A stretch of DNA of 47,021 bases, taken from IMG/VR virus record IMGVR_UViG_3300037991_003683, positions 1-47,021 of that record; one strand, given 5' to 3'. The DNA comes from a virus (Duplodnaviria > Caudoviricetes). The translations under genes were made by a program, and so were the position numbers. The notes below the pieces were generated by a model that was not told where the DNA came from, searched no databases, and worked only from the letters and a program-made list of their open reading frames with translations. The stretch's first letter is position 1, and every line of letters starts with the position of its first letter. Positions 38,814 to 46,296 of this stretch are shown in pieces.

Positions 38814-39200
38814 TTATTTTTTTACTTTTTCTAATGATCGTCCACCAAAATAAGCACCGATCACTGTTATTAATACTAATTGTAAAAGATCTACATAAGA
38901 ATCTTTTACGTTAAATTTTATTGCACCAGCATCTATAAATATTAATAGCATGGTGCATACTATCAAAAATATCAAAACCATAGGTCTAACATTTTTACTA
39001 AGCCATGAGTCTGATTTTAAATCTGCTTCCCAACGAGAAGTTATATTCTTCTCCATCTCTACTTCATAGTCACTTATAAGTTGCTTTATTTTAAGTTCAG
39101 CTGCAAGTTTTTCTTCTTTAGATGTATGTAGGTTGTCTATTACGCCACCTACATTTTTTATTAAATCAGCAGCACCACCAGAAAGTATTTTACCTAACAT
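38814..39200 (-). CDS. holin (GTA 3TM-holin-like)
   Basis: RWEADLKSDSWLSKNVRP followed by a TM segment, and C-terminal IGAYFGGRSLEK. ATG at 39200. Confidence 0.75.
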   Translation of the reverse strand: MLGKILSGGAADLIKNVGGVIDNLHTSKEEKLAAELKIKQLISDYEVEMEKNITSRWEADLKSDSWLSKNVRPMVLIFLIVCTMLLIFIDAGAIKFNVKDSYVDLLQLVLITVIGAYFGGRSLEKVKK

Positions 39201-39244
39201 TTGCAATTCTTTTTAAATCGTTTACATTTTTTACAAATCTTCAT
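39194..39244 (-). CDS. 16-aa CxxC-x6-CxC micro-peptide overlapping the holin start
   Basis: Not in the track: MKICKKCKRFKKNCKC*. It fills the gap, and its last codons (TGT TAG) overlap the holin ATG. Confidence 0.5.
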   Translation of the reverse strand: MKICKKCKRFKKNCKC

Positions 39245-39254
39245 ATATATATTT

Positions 39255-39557
39255 TTAATAACCACCTCCACTGCTACCACCACTGCTACCACCGCTACTA
39301 CCGCTGCTAGTACTTGTTCTAACAACAGGTGCTGGATTAGGAGCTGGATTAGGATTTGGATTAGGAGTTGCAGGCGGAGTATTCACATTTAAAGTTACGC
39401 CTGTTGCGTTTAGATGGTTTTCACATCCCATATATCCAGTTTGTCCCTGGAAAACATGAACGTGATAACCTGTGCAGTTTTGACCTCTAGCCCAATTTAA
39501 AGCTTCTTCTGGTGTACTATATAATGGTACGCCAGCTATAATCGTTAATACACTCAT
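39255..39557 (-). CDS. hypothetical protein with PN repeats and Ser/Gly tail
   Basis: 100 aa: CTGYHVH...YMGC..H, then PNPNPNPAPNPAP and SSGGSSGGSSGGGY. Confidence 0.65.
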   Translation of the reverse strand: MSVLTIIAGVPLYSTPEEALNWARGQNCTGYHVHVFQGQTGYMGCENHLNATGVTLNVNTPPATPNPNPNPAPNPAPVVRTSTSSGSSGGSSGGSSGGGY

Positions 39558-39769
39558 TTTGTTTTTACTTTTTCAAAAGAGCTAATACCAAAACATCCTA
39601 ATGTTACCCATACAAATGAATTATATATTACCTCGTTAATTACTAAATCTTTACCTACCCATCCTGTTACAAGATCAGCTATAGCAAATAAACACATTAC
39701 TACAAATGATGCAAACCCAACTATATTCTTTTCGTTAATCTCGTTTTTATCTTTAAATAAACTCCACAT
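39554..39769 (-). CDS. two-TM membrane protein
   Basis: Likely start ATG 39769 (MWSLFKD..., 71 aa), with two hydrophobic segments. Confidence 0.65.
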   Translation of the reverse strand: MWSLFKDKNEINEKNIVGFASFVVMCLFAIADLVTGWVGKDLVINEVIYNSFVWVTLGCFGISSFEKVKTK

Positions 39770-39770
39770 A

Positions 39771-40202
39771 TTATATTGCTGTTTCTGTTCCGTTATTAGC
39801 ATCGTCTTCCCAAGGAAAACCAGTATCTCCAGCTTCTTTCCACTCTCCATCAACTAATATAGAGTCAACACCGTTGATATCTTTTCTTTCAAAAACTTCA
39901 CCGTTATAAGTAACACTATTGTCAGTATAAGCCAATTTACCAATCTTCATATCAGTAGCATGTCTCATCTCGTGATTTAACACTTGTCTATACTCTTGGC
40001 TATTAGGGTCTATATTTTTATTTATATATATACTACCATCCATATTAGCTTCACCTAAAACACCTTCTTCTAAAGGCATAGGTATAACAGGTGTTCCAGG
40101 AATAGATTGTTGACCTTTTGGGTCTCTGCCAAAACGTAACTTGTTTTTTATTTCACCTTTATTGGCTTCAAAACCTTTATTTCTACCTAGTTTAAATCCC
40201 AT
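39771..40202 (-). CDS. zincin-like metallopeptidase
   Basis: GVLGEANMDGSIYIN...VLNHEMRH (HExxH)...PWEDDA. Confidence 0.7.
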   Translation of the reverse strand: MGFKLGRNKGFEANKGEIKNKLRFGRDPKGQQSIPGTPVIPMPLEEGVLGEANMDGSIYINKNIDPNSQEYRQVLNHEMRHATDMKIGKLAYTDNSVTYNGEVFERKDINGVDSILVDGEWKEAGDTGFPWEDDANNGTETAI

Positions 40203-40642
40203 TATCTATCTTTATCTTTTATCATATCGTCTATAGCTTTATTGTAAACTTTATCAGTATATGATTTGTTATTGTAAAACACACTTCTATCTGAAGTAGG
40301 TAAGTCTTCCTCACCTAATAGTATTCTATATATCCTACTTATTATCTGTGAACATTTAAAAGAAGTTTTAAACACAGAGTACTTTATAGTAGTACGGTTT
40401 CTTTGTCTCCAAACTTCTATCCACCCTTCTTTTCTAAGTCTTTCCCAACGGTTTTTATCCCAACTCATGGTATAAACACCATCTATAAACTCTTGTCGTG
40501 TAAATCTTTTTTTACAATCTAAATAAATTAATAATTCTAAATCTGCATCAGTTAACCCGTAAGTTTTACAGACCCACTTTCTAGTGAGCCTGTAATACTT
40601 AAGGATGTTTAATTCACGCAGATCTTGCGCGGTTAATCGCAT
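40202..40642 (-). CDS. putative winged-helix DNA-binding protein
   Basis: YGLTDADLELLIYL...FTRQEF...WERLRKEGWIEVW, a MarR-like pattern. Confidence 0.5.
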   Translation of the reverse strand: MRLTAQDLRELNILKYYRLTRKWVCKTYGLTDADLELLIYLDCKKRFTRQEFIDGVYTMSWDKNRWERLRKEGWIEVWRQRNRTTIKYSVFKTSFKCSQIISRIYRILLGEEDLPTSDRSVFYNNKSYTDKVYNKAIDDMIKDKDR

Positions 40643-40645
40643 TTA

Positions 40646-41005
40646 TTACGATGCGTCAACTACTGCTAATGAAGCACAAGCTGTAATATCAGCGTGTAAA
40701 AACTTAGAGTTCTCACTGTCAGCTACAACAATCATAGGAGCATTAATAGCGCTAGCGCTAGCAACAGCACCAGCTATAGCTTCCATAACTTCTTTATGCT
40801 TACCAGTGTTTATAGTAAGAACTACAACCGGTAAATCTATACCTGAGTCCGCATCAGCTTCTTGGTGAGAATGAAAGTAAGCTCTAAGCGTAGTTGCGTT
40901 ATGCATTTCAAGATGAGATAATTTGTCAGCAGGAAAGCAAGCTACTTGCTCAGTGCTTGTTGTTCCATCAGGAGCAGCACTTGCAAAATACAAAAATTTT
41001 TTCAT
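40646..41005 (-). CDS. hypothetical protein
   Basis: 119 aa, Ala-rich, with its own A-rich leader. Confidence 0.65.
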   Translation of the reverse strand: MKKFLYFASAAPDGTTSTEQVACFPADKLSHLEMHNATTLRAYFHSHQEADADSGIDLPVVVLTINTGKHKEVMEAIAGAVASASAINAPMIVVADSENSKFLHADITACASLAVVDAS

Positions 41006-41080
41006 TGTCTTTTTGTTTTTTAGTTAATAATTAGGTTAATTTTCGTTTTTAAGTTTTGGGGTTTAAGTTTTTGGTTTTGG

Positions 41081-41338
41081 TTAATCTACTAGAACAACGT
41101 CACCATCACGAATAACTCTATAAAGAGTATCTTTCCATGATATGTCGTGTCCAGCGTGTTTATCGTAATATATCGTGTCTCCATCTTTTAATCCTTCAAC
41201 TAAATTGCCACACGATATTATTTTTGCTTTTATATAACGGTTATCTACATCTGTATCATCCGTCATTATAAGACCAGCAACCTTTTTAGGTTCTGTCTTT
41301 ATTTTATCTACTATTATATATCTATTTATTGCTTTCAT
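41081..41338 (-). CDS. groES: co-chaperonin GroES
   Basis: MKAINRYIIV...AGLIM...AKIISCG...LKDGDTIYY...VIRDGDVVLV; overlaps the end of groEL. Confidence 0.85.
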   Translation of the reverse strand: MKAINRYIIVDKIKTEPKKVAGLIMTDDTDVDNRYIKAKIISCGNLVEGLKDGDTIYYDKHAGHDISWKDTLYRVIRDGDVVLVD

Positions 41339-42890
41339 TTAATCTCATGTTTGAAATTACACAATCTGCAGATATAATAGTTGTAACTACACTTACTGCG
41401 TTTTTAAGAGCTGACTTAGTTACAAGTACAGGATCTATAATACCAGCTGATATCATAGTAGCTCTTTCACCAGTTATTACATCAATACCGTAACCTTCAT
41501 GATCCTCATATCCATCCATCATTGTTATACCAGCATTATCAAGTACGGTATAAAAAGGAGCCATAATAGCTTTTAGTAATATGTTTTCCCCAACGTTTTT
41601 AGCTATAATTCTTTGTGAGGCATTTAACAAAGCTACACCACCACCTGGTACTATACCTTCTTTTAAAGCCGCTTTTGTAGCATAAATAGCATCTTCTACT
41701 CTATCCTTCTTTTCTTTAAGCTCAACTTTAGAGTTAGCACCAACTTTTACTACGCCTACGCTACCTGATAACATTGCTAATCTTTCTCTATGTTTCTTTT
41801 GTATAAACGGATTTTTCTCCCATTTATCTATAGTTTTCTTAACACTATCTATTCTTTCATCCATATCTTCTTCTGGAGTATCTATAGTTAAAACAGTGTT
41901 TTTACTATCAGTAATCGATGTGTATGCCTCACCTAAGCAATCAATGTCTATTAAATCAAGATCATCACCTAACTGCTCGTTTATTACTTTAGCACCAACT
42001 AAAAACGCAAGGTCTGCTACAGTATCTTCTTTAGTAGGACCAAAGCCTGGTAAATCAATTATGTTTACCTTTATATTACCTTTTACCTTGTTCATAAGAA
42101 GAGCAGCCTTAACTTGTTGATCAACTGGAGCTACTATTAATAAAGAGCGTTTATTTTTTATTACATGCTCTAATATTTTTTGTATTCTTCTTATATTAGG
42201 TATTTCTGAAGATACTATTAATACTAATGGGTTATCAAGCTCTGCTACTTGCTTGTCCTTATCAGTAACAAAATGTGGAGATGTGAGTCCTGAATCTACC
42301 TGCACGCCGTCAACTACTTCGACGTATGTTTCTTCAGTTGGTGACTCTTCCATTAATACCACACCATCTTTACCTACTTTAGTATAAGCTTCCGCTATAA
42401 TCTTTCCTAGTTCCGCATCATTGTTACAACTTATTGAACTAACAGATTCGAGCATATCGCCTTCGATCTTGACAGAAATCTTATTTAGGTAATCGTTTAC
42501 CTTTTTAAGACCGGATTTAATTCCGTCTTTTATTTCTCTTGTATTAGCTTCGGTTTTGCTAACTTCTTTTAAAAGTGCTTCAGCAAGGACAGTAGATGTT
42601 GTTGTACCGTCACCTGCTTCTCTCACTGTATTTCTAGCAGCTTCTTTAATAAGGGTAGCACCCATATTTTCAACCGGGTCAAATAAGACAACTGATTCTG
42701 CTACAGTTACTCCGTCTTTTGTTATGACCGGGTTACCTCTAGCGTCTTCGTAAATTACACACTTACCAGATGCACCTAAGGTTGATTTTACTGCTTTTGC
42801 TAGCTTTTCAACGCCAGCTACTATTTTGTTATTAGCGTTATCGCCAAAGTTTACGTCTTTGACAATCTCGCTTGGTTGATTGTATTCCAT
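41322..42890 (-). CDS. groEL: chaperonin GroEL
   Basis: ITKDGVTVA, AGDGTTT, KEKKDRVEDA..ATKAA..EGIVPGGG and GIIDP motifs. Confidence 0.97.
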   Translation of the reverse strand: MEYNQPSEIVKDVNFGDNANNKIVAGVEKLAKAVKSTLGASGKCVIYEDARGNPVITKDGVTVAESVVLFDPVENMGATLIKEAARNTVREAGDGTTTSTVLAEALLKEVSKTEANTREIKDGIKSGLKKVNDYLNKISVKIEGDMLESVSSISCNNDAELGKIIAEAYTKVGKDGVVLMEESPTEETYVEVVDGVQVDSGLTSPHFVTDKDKQVAELDNPLVLIVSSEIPNIRRIQKILEHVIKNKRSLLIVAPVDQQVKAALLMNKVKGNIKVNIIDLPGFGPTKEDTVADLAFLVGAKVINEQLGDDLDLIDIDCLGEAYTSITDSKNTVLTIDTPEEDMDERIDSVKKTIDKWEKNPFIQKKHRERLAMLSGSVGVVKVGANSKVELKEKKDRVEDAIYATKAALKEGIVPGGGVALLNASQRIIAKNVGENILLKAIMAPFYTVLDNAGITMMDGYEDHEGYGIDVITGERATMISAGIIDPVLVTKSALKNAVSVVTTIISADCVISNMRLNESNK

Positions 42891-42920
42891 GTATTAAATT
42901 AAATTTGATTAAATTGTACT

Positions 42921-43211
42921 CTATTCGAAAGTTTTTACAACCTTTGGCCCTTTCGTAGCCTCTAACTTGTCCGCAAAGTGCTTAACACTACCATCAATTG
43001 CAGCTTCTGCACCTTCTATTGTTTCTCTACGTGTAACATCTTGCCAAATATCCTCTTTATCAGGATTTTTGCATTCTGTTTGGTAGAATCCGTTAGGTAA
43101 TTGGGTTATTCTCCAGTTTTTTTTCTCAGAGAGGTGTTTCCAATGTTTAATTGTTGTTTCATTTGGTTTTAAATTGCCAGTTGAACTGGTCTTGTAGTAT
43201 AAATAAGTCAT
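42921..43211 (-). CDS. hypothetical protein
   Basis: 96-aa ORF (KKNWRITQLPNGFYQTE). Confidence 0.7.
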   Translation of the reverse strand: MTYLYYKTSSTGNLKPNETTIKHWKHLSEKKNWRITQLPNGFYQTECKNPDKEDIWQDVTRRETIEGAEAAIDGSVKHFADKLEATKGPKVVKTFE

Positions 43212-43263
43212 TTTTTTGGTTTTTTTTGGTTAATATTGACTAGGTTTAGGGTGTTTCCCTATT

Positions 43264-44544
43264 TTATCTTTCATTAGGCGGTATATAACCACCTTTTATC
43301 ATGTTTTTTCTAACAACACCACCTTTTACAGCGTGTTTATATATTCTATCATCACGCATTTTCATGGCAGTTTTAAGTTCTGGAGGCGGAACATATCCGT
43401 CTTCTATCATATTAGCACGAACACTTGGCCCTGCATCTTTGTATTTCCTATCTAAACGTCTTTGTCTAGCGGTGGAAATTTTCTTTTCTTCAACTACTGG
43501 CTCTGTAGTAGTACTTGTTGTGTTTTGCTGTTGTTGTTTCCGCTCTATTTGTTCTTTAGCTAATCTATCGAAGTATTGTTGAGTGTACTCGTATGTGTTT
43601 GTTTCATAATTTAAAGCAATTTCACCTGTTTTTACTTGATTAGGAACTTGATTAGGATTCATACCTGTTTGATATTTCGGTTTCATTGCTTCAACCGCTG
43701 CTTGTTCTTCTTCTTCAGTAGCCATTGTAGCTTCTGCTTTTCTAAATCTACCTAATTTATCGTCCCACTGCGTTTCTTGTTGACCTCCTACTGTGCCTTG
43801 TTTAGGGAAAAAATCTCTTTTACCATCTATTTCTTTAGCTTCTAAGTCTTCTATTTTAACATTGTATTTTTTAGCAGCATCTTGCAACGCTTTATTTCTA
43901 CTAGCTTTTGTTTGCGATAATAACTCTTCACTTTCTATTGTACCAGCTTCTGGTGATCTGTAAACATCAGCTTCTCTTTCCTGCAAACTTGGTTCACTTT
44001 CTATTTGAGAGAAGTCATTATCACCATCATCAATACCTTTCATAGATCTTTCTAATCTTCTATCTATTTTCTTTAATCTAGCTTCTCTAATTTTATCTTT
44101 TATACTTTTGTAACCTCTTTCAAAAATATTTTCTCCTTTTTCTTTCTTAACTCTTTCTTTTTTAGCTTTTGGACGTTTCATACCAGCCTCTACATTTAGA
44201 TCTGTCCACTCTTCTTTTGATAATGGATCACCATAAGCAGCTTTATCCTCTTCACTCATTTTACTTTTTTCCTTCTCGTGATCTTTCAAATAATCATCAT
44301 AAGTACCGTAATCTGTCTCCTTTCTTTTCTTAGTTCTTTCACGCTTAGGTACGTCTATATCATACTGATCTATTTCAAAATCTATTTTTGAAGGCTTATA
44401 TGATTCACCTAGAGCTTCAGCTGAAGCAACTAAACTAGCATCTGCCCGTGTTCTTCTTTGAGATACCACAGGTTTTGCTTTTGCTATCGATGCTTTATGT
44501 ATTGATGTACCCTTTATTATAGGGCGATTCATTTTAAATGCCAT
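43264..44544 (-). CDS. charged low-complexity protein with MAFKM leader and duplicated C-terminal motif
   Basis: 426 aa, K/E/R-rich, with DRxYK.A...VR.NMI..GY.PP occurring twice at the C-terminus. Confidence 0.7.
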   Translation of the reverse strand: MAFKMNRPIIKGTSIHKASIAKAKPVVSQRRTRADASLVASAEALGESYKPSKIDFEIDQYDIDVPKRERTKKRKETDYGTYDDYLKDHEKEKSKMSEEDKAAYGDPLSKEEWTDLNVEAGMKRPKAKKERVKKEKGENIFERGYKSIKDKIREARLKKIDRRLERSMKGIDDGDNDFSQIESEPSLQEREADVYRSPEAGTIESEELLSQTKASRNKALQDAAKKYNVKIEDLEAKEIDGKRDFFPKQGTVGGQQETQWDDKLGRFRKAEATMATEEEEQAAVEAMKPKYQTGMNPNQVPNQVKTGEIALNYETNTYEYTQQYFDRLAKEQIERKQQQQNTTSTTTEPVVEEKKISTARQRRLDRKYKDAGPSVRANMIEDGYVPPPELKTAMKMRDDRIYKHAVKGGVVRKNMIKGGYIPPNER

Positions 44545-44786
44545 TAGTAATTGTATTTTCGTTTAACTGCACCTGATCTACTATTCTTAGCTCTATTCTT
44601 ACCCTTAGGTATACACTTACCTAAAGCATGGTCAAAGTCATAGCCTTTAGGACAATTAGCTTTTTGAGCAGTCCTTTTCTTATATTTACCCCAAGCAGTC
44701 ATAGCTGACTTCTTGTCTCTACTAGCTTTAGCAGCGGCTGCCTTAGGCGATAACTTTTGTTTAAGTTTAATTGGTGTACCTTTCAT
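44544..44786 (-). CDS. small basic protein with degenerate HNH-like motif
   Basis: 80 aa: CPKGYDFDH...C...KNRAKN. Confidence 0.55.
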   Translation of the reverse strand: MKGTPIKLKQKLSPKAAAAKASRDKKSAMTAWGKYKKRTAQKANCPKGYDFDHALGKCIPKGKNRAKNSRSGAVKRKYNY

Positions 44787-44791
44787 ATTAA

Positions 44792-44820
44792 TATCATTAC
44801 ATGGTAAAGATTTTATTTAC
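44792..44820 (-). promoter_or_regulatory. putative late promoter GTAAA-N15-GTAATGATA
   Basis: Heads the whole minus-strand region, with the same 15-bp spacer as the other two copies. Confidence 0.6.
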
Positions 44821-44822
44821 AG

Positions 44823-44868
44823 TGTGACAATAGCCTGTTACTCTAATACTTAGCTAGCTAATGTCATA
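44823..44868. repeat. palindromic element, copy 1
   Basis: TGTGACAATAGCCTGTTACT...GCTAATGTCATA. The first 20 bp are identical to 45858-45877. Confidence 0.85.
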
Positions 44869-44890
44869 AAAAAAATATTGTGAATGTATA

Positions 44891-44977
44891 GAGTTTGCAT
44901 AGCCCCCTCCCCCCTAGGGCCCCCGGTCTAAACTAAAACGCAAACTAATTTACCCACCGGCTATGCGTTTAGCTAAA
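44891..44977. other. GC-rich structured element at the strand switch
   Basis: Inverted repeat GCATAGCC (44897-44904) / GGCTATGC (44959-44966), C5-C6-C5 tracts, and palindromes CCCTAGGG and TTTAGCTAAA. Confidence 0.6.
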
Positions 44978-45067
44978 TTACTACAGATTTTTTTATCTTT
45001 TACTTTTTACATTTGTAATTTACTATAAATAATTTTCGTAGAATATTTCAACAAATGCTAGTGGCCT

Positions 45068-45101
45068 CACAAGATAGACACAACAGTCAATAGATAATAT
45101 A
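45068..45101 (+). promoter_or_regulatory. putative early promoter, copy 1
   Basis: CACAA-GATAGACACAACAGTCAAT-AGATAATATA. Confidence 0.75.
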
Positions 45102-45124
45102 TGTATAACTATAAATAATATAAC

Positions 45125-45259
45125 ATGAAAGAATTAATTAAAGACTATGTAAACTTTTGGAGTAATGACACAACTAAATGTAATAGACCATTACAATGGT
45201 GGATGTTCACAACAATGTCAGTAAGTATAATAACAATAACAATACTAACAAACTTATAA
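45125..45259 (+). CDS. 44-aa early protein with hydrophobic C-terminus
   Basis: Not in the track: MKELIKDYVNFWSNDTTKCNRPLQWWMFTTMSVSIITITILTNL*, lying exactly between motif copies 1 and 2. Confidence 0.6.
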   Translation: MKELIKDYVNFWSNDTTKCNRPLQWWMFTTMSVSIITITILTNL

Positions 45260-45261
45260 CT

Positions 45262-45295
45262 CACAATATAAATACAACTAATAATAGATAATATA
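45262..45295 (+). promoter_or_regulatory. putative early promoter, copy 2
   Basis: CACAA-TATAAATACAACTAATAAT-AGATAATATA. Confidence 0.75.
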
Positions 45296-45328
45296 AACAA
45301 ATAAATAACTAACTAAATAAATTAAATT

Positions 45329-45574
45329 ATGTCAAAAAAAGTAAACACAACTAACTTAACAACAAAAAGATTTGTAATCAGAAAGTCATTAATAGGTAAA
45401 CATACTATTATAACATTTGTAAACAAGAAAAATGAAACTGTAAAGTATGATCATGACCAAGTATACAATGTACACAAAGAAAGATTTGAAGCAATGAACT
45501 GTTTTCAAAAGTACAAAAACTACACAAACACTAATGCAATGCCAGCATTCTGTAGAGACTTACAAATAAAGTAA
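45329..45574 (+). CDS. early protein, paralog A (KRFV.RKSLIGK family)
   Basis: 81 aa, clearly homologous to 46297-46533. Confidence 0.8.
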   Translation: MSKKVNTTNLTTKRFVIRKSLIGKHTIITFVNKKNETVKYDHDQVYNVHKERFEAMNCFQKYKNYTNTNAMPAFCRDLQIK

Positions 45575-45594
45575 GTTCTCTACCCCACTGGGGT

Positions 45595-45628
45595 CACAAA
45601 CTAAATACTAATATAATAAGATAATATA
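45595..45628 (+). promoter_or_regulatory. putative early promoter, copy 3
   Basis: CACAA-ACTAAATACTAATATAATA-AGATAATATA, immediately preceded by the mini-hairpin ACCCC-ACT-GGGGT. Confidence 0.75.
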
Positions 45629-45650
45629 AATACAATAAATAATAAAAACT

Positions 45651-45854
45651 ATGAACTACAATTATGAATTAGAGTTTCACTACAAAGATGACACTCAAGA
45701 CCCAATCTACTTAACACACACATTTCCAGGAATGGATAAAGAATTACATGACTTTATTAAATCAGAATTTACTGATAACATAGACACTGACTTTGAAAAA
45801 GTGGTAATATATGACAAATCTAATAATGTGATTGACATTCAACACTTAGATTAA
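45651..45854 (+). CDS. acidic early protein
   Basis: 67 aa, downstream of motif copy 3. Confidence 0.7.
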   Translation: MNYNYELEFHYKDDTQDPIYLTHTFPGMDKELHDFIKSEFTDNIDTDFEKVVIYDKSNNVIDIQHLD

Positions 45855-45857
45855 AAC

Positions 45858-45905
45858 TGTGACAATAGCCTGTTACTAGATCCTTATTAAGTGGCTTATG
45901 TCACA
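45858..45905. repeat. palindromic element, copy 2
   Basis: TGTGACAATAGCCTGTTACT...GGCTTATGTCACA, flanked by AAAAC and CTTTTTT. Confidence 0.85.
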
Positions 45906-45973
45906 CTTTTTTCTACACCTAAAAAGGTGTATAGCAAAAATGTATAGCATAATCACTCGCCACCTAGCACCCT

Positions 45974-46007
45974 CACAAAATAATTACGACCACCATCAGA
46001 TAATATA
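45974..46007 (+). promoter_or_regulatory. putative early promoter, copy 4
   Basis: CACAA-AATAATTACGACCACCATC-AGATAATATA. Confidence 0.75.
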
Positions 46008-46029
46008 TATGAAACCAAAAATAATAATT

Positions 46030-46158
46030 ATGAAAGCACTGTATGACCAAGTGGAAATTACTATGAATAGTATTGCACTAAATAAATTTAATGTAAATTA
46101 CGGCGATTTAACTGATGAACAAGTAAAAGTAGTACATAAAATTTACTTTGCACAGTAA
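46030..46158 (+). CDS. 42-aa early protein
   Basis: C-terminal part of track ORF 45898-46158. ATG 46030 lies 22 nt after motif copy 4, matching the spacing of the other units. Confidence 0.6.
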   Translation: MKALYDQVEITMNSIALNKFNVNYGDLTDEQVKVVHKIYFAQ

Positions 46159-46216
46159 GAGAGTTAGAGTAGTACCTCACAACTAATTCTATCACTAAAA
46201 TAAACTATATACCTTA

Positions 46217-46250
46217 CACAAACTAAAAACGACACAAGTAAGATAATATA
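46217..46250 (+). promoter_or_regulatory. putative early promoter, copy 5
   Basis: CACAA-ACTAAAAACGACACAAGTA-AGATAATATA. Confidence 0.75.
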
Positions 46251-46296
46251 AATGTAAAAACAAACAAACTAATATAAACTAAAAAAAACTAAAATT

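Noticed and set aside
41006-41080. Short AAAAC/AAAACTTAAA repeats between groES and the next gene (similar tract at 43212-43235)
   Set aside because: These are low-complexity A-rich leaders typical of SD-less translation, too irregular to call a repeat element.
747-43582. Plus-strand ORFs in the track (e.g. 747-944, 12551-12898, 29575-29814, 43301-43582)
   Set aside because: They are antisense shadows of long minus-strand genes, with low-complexity F/L/S-rich translations.
44823-45905. CRP/FNR binding sites (TGTGA...TCACA)
   Set aside because: The half-sites are ~36-38 bp apart rather than 6 bp.
45898-46029. N-terminal part of the 86-aa track ORF
   Set aside because: It overlaps the palindrome and promoter copy 4. 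The real start is more likely 46030.
45068-46250. CRISPR array or integron attC array
   Set aside because: The repeats are degenerate in the middle and non-palindromic, the intervals are 194-379 bp and contain ORFs, and no cas or integrase gene is in the window. A promoter interpretation fits better.
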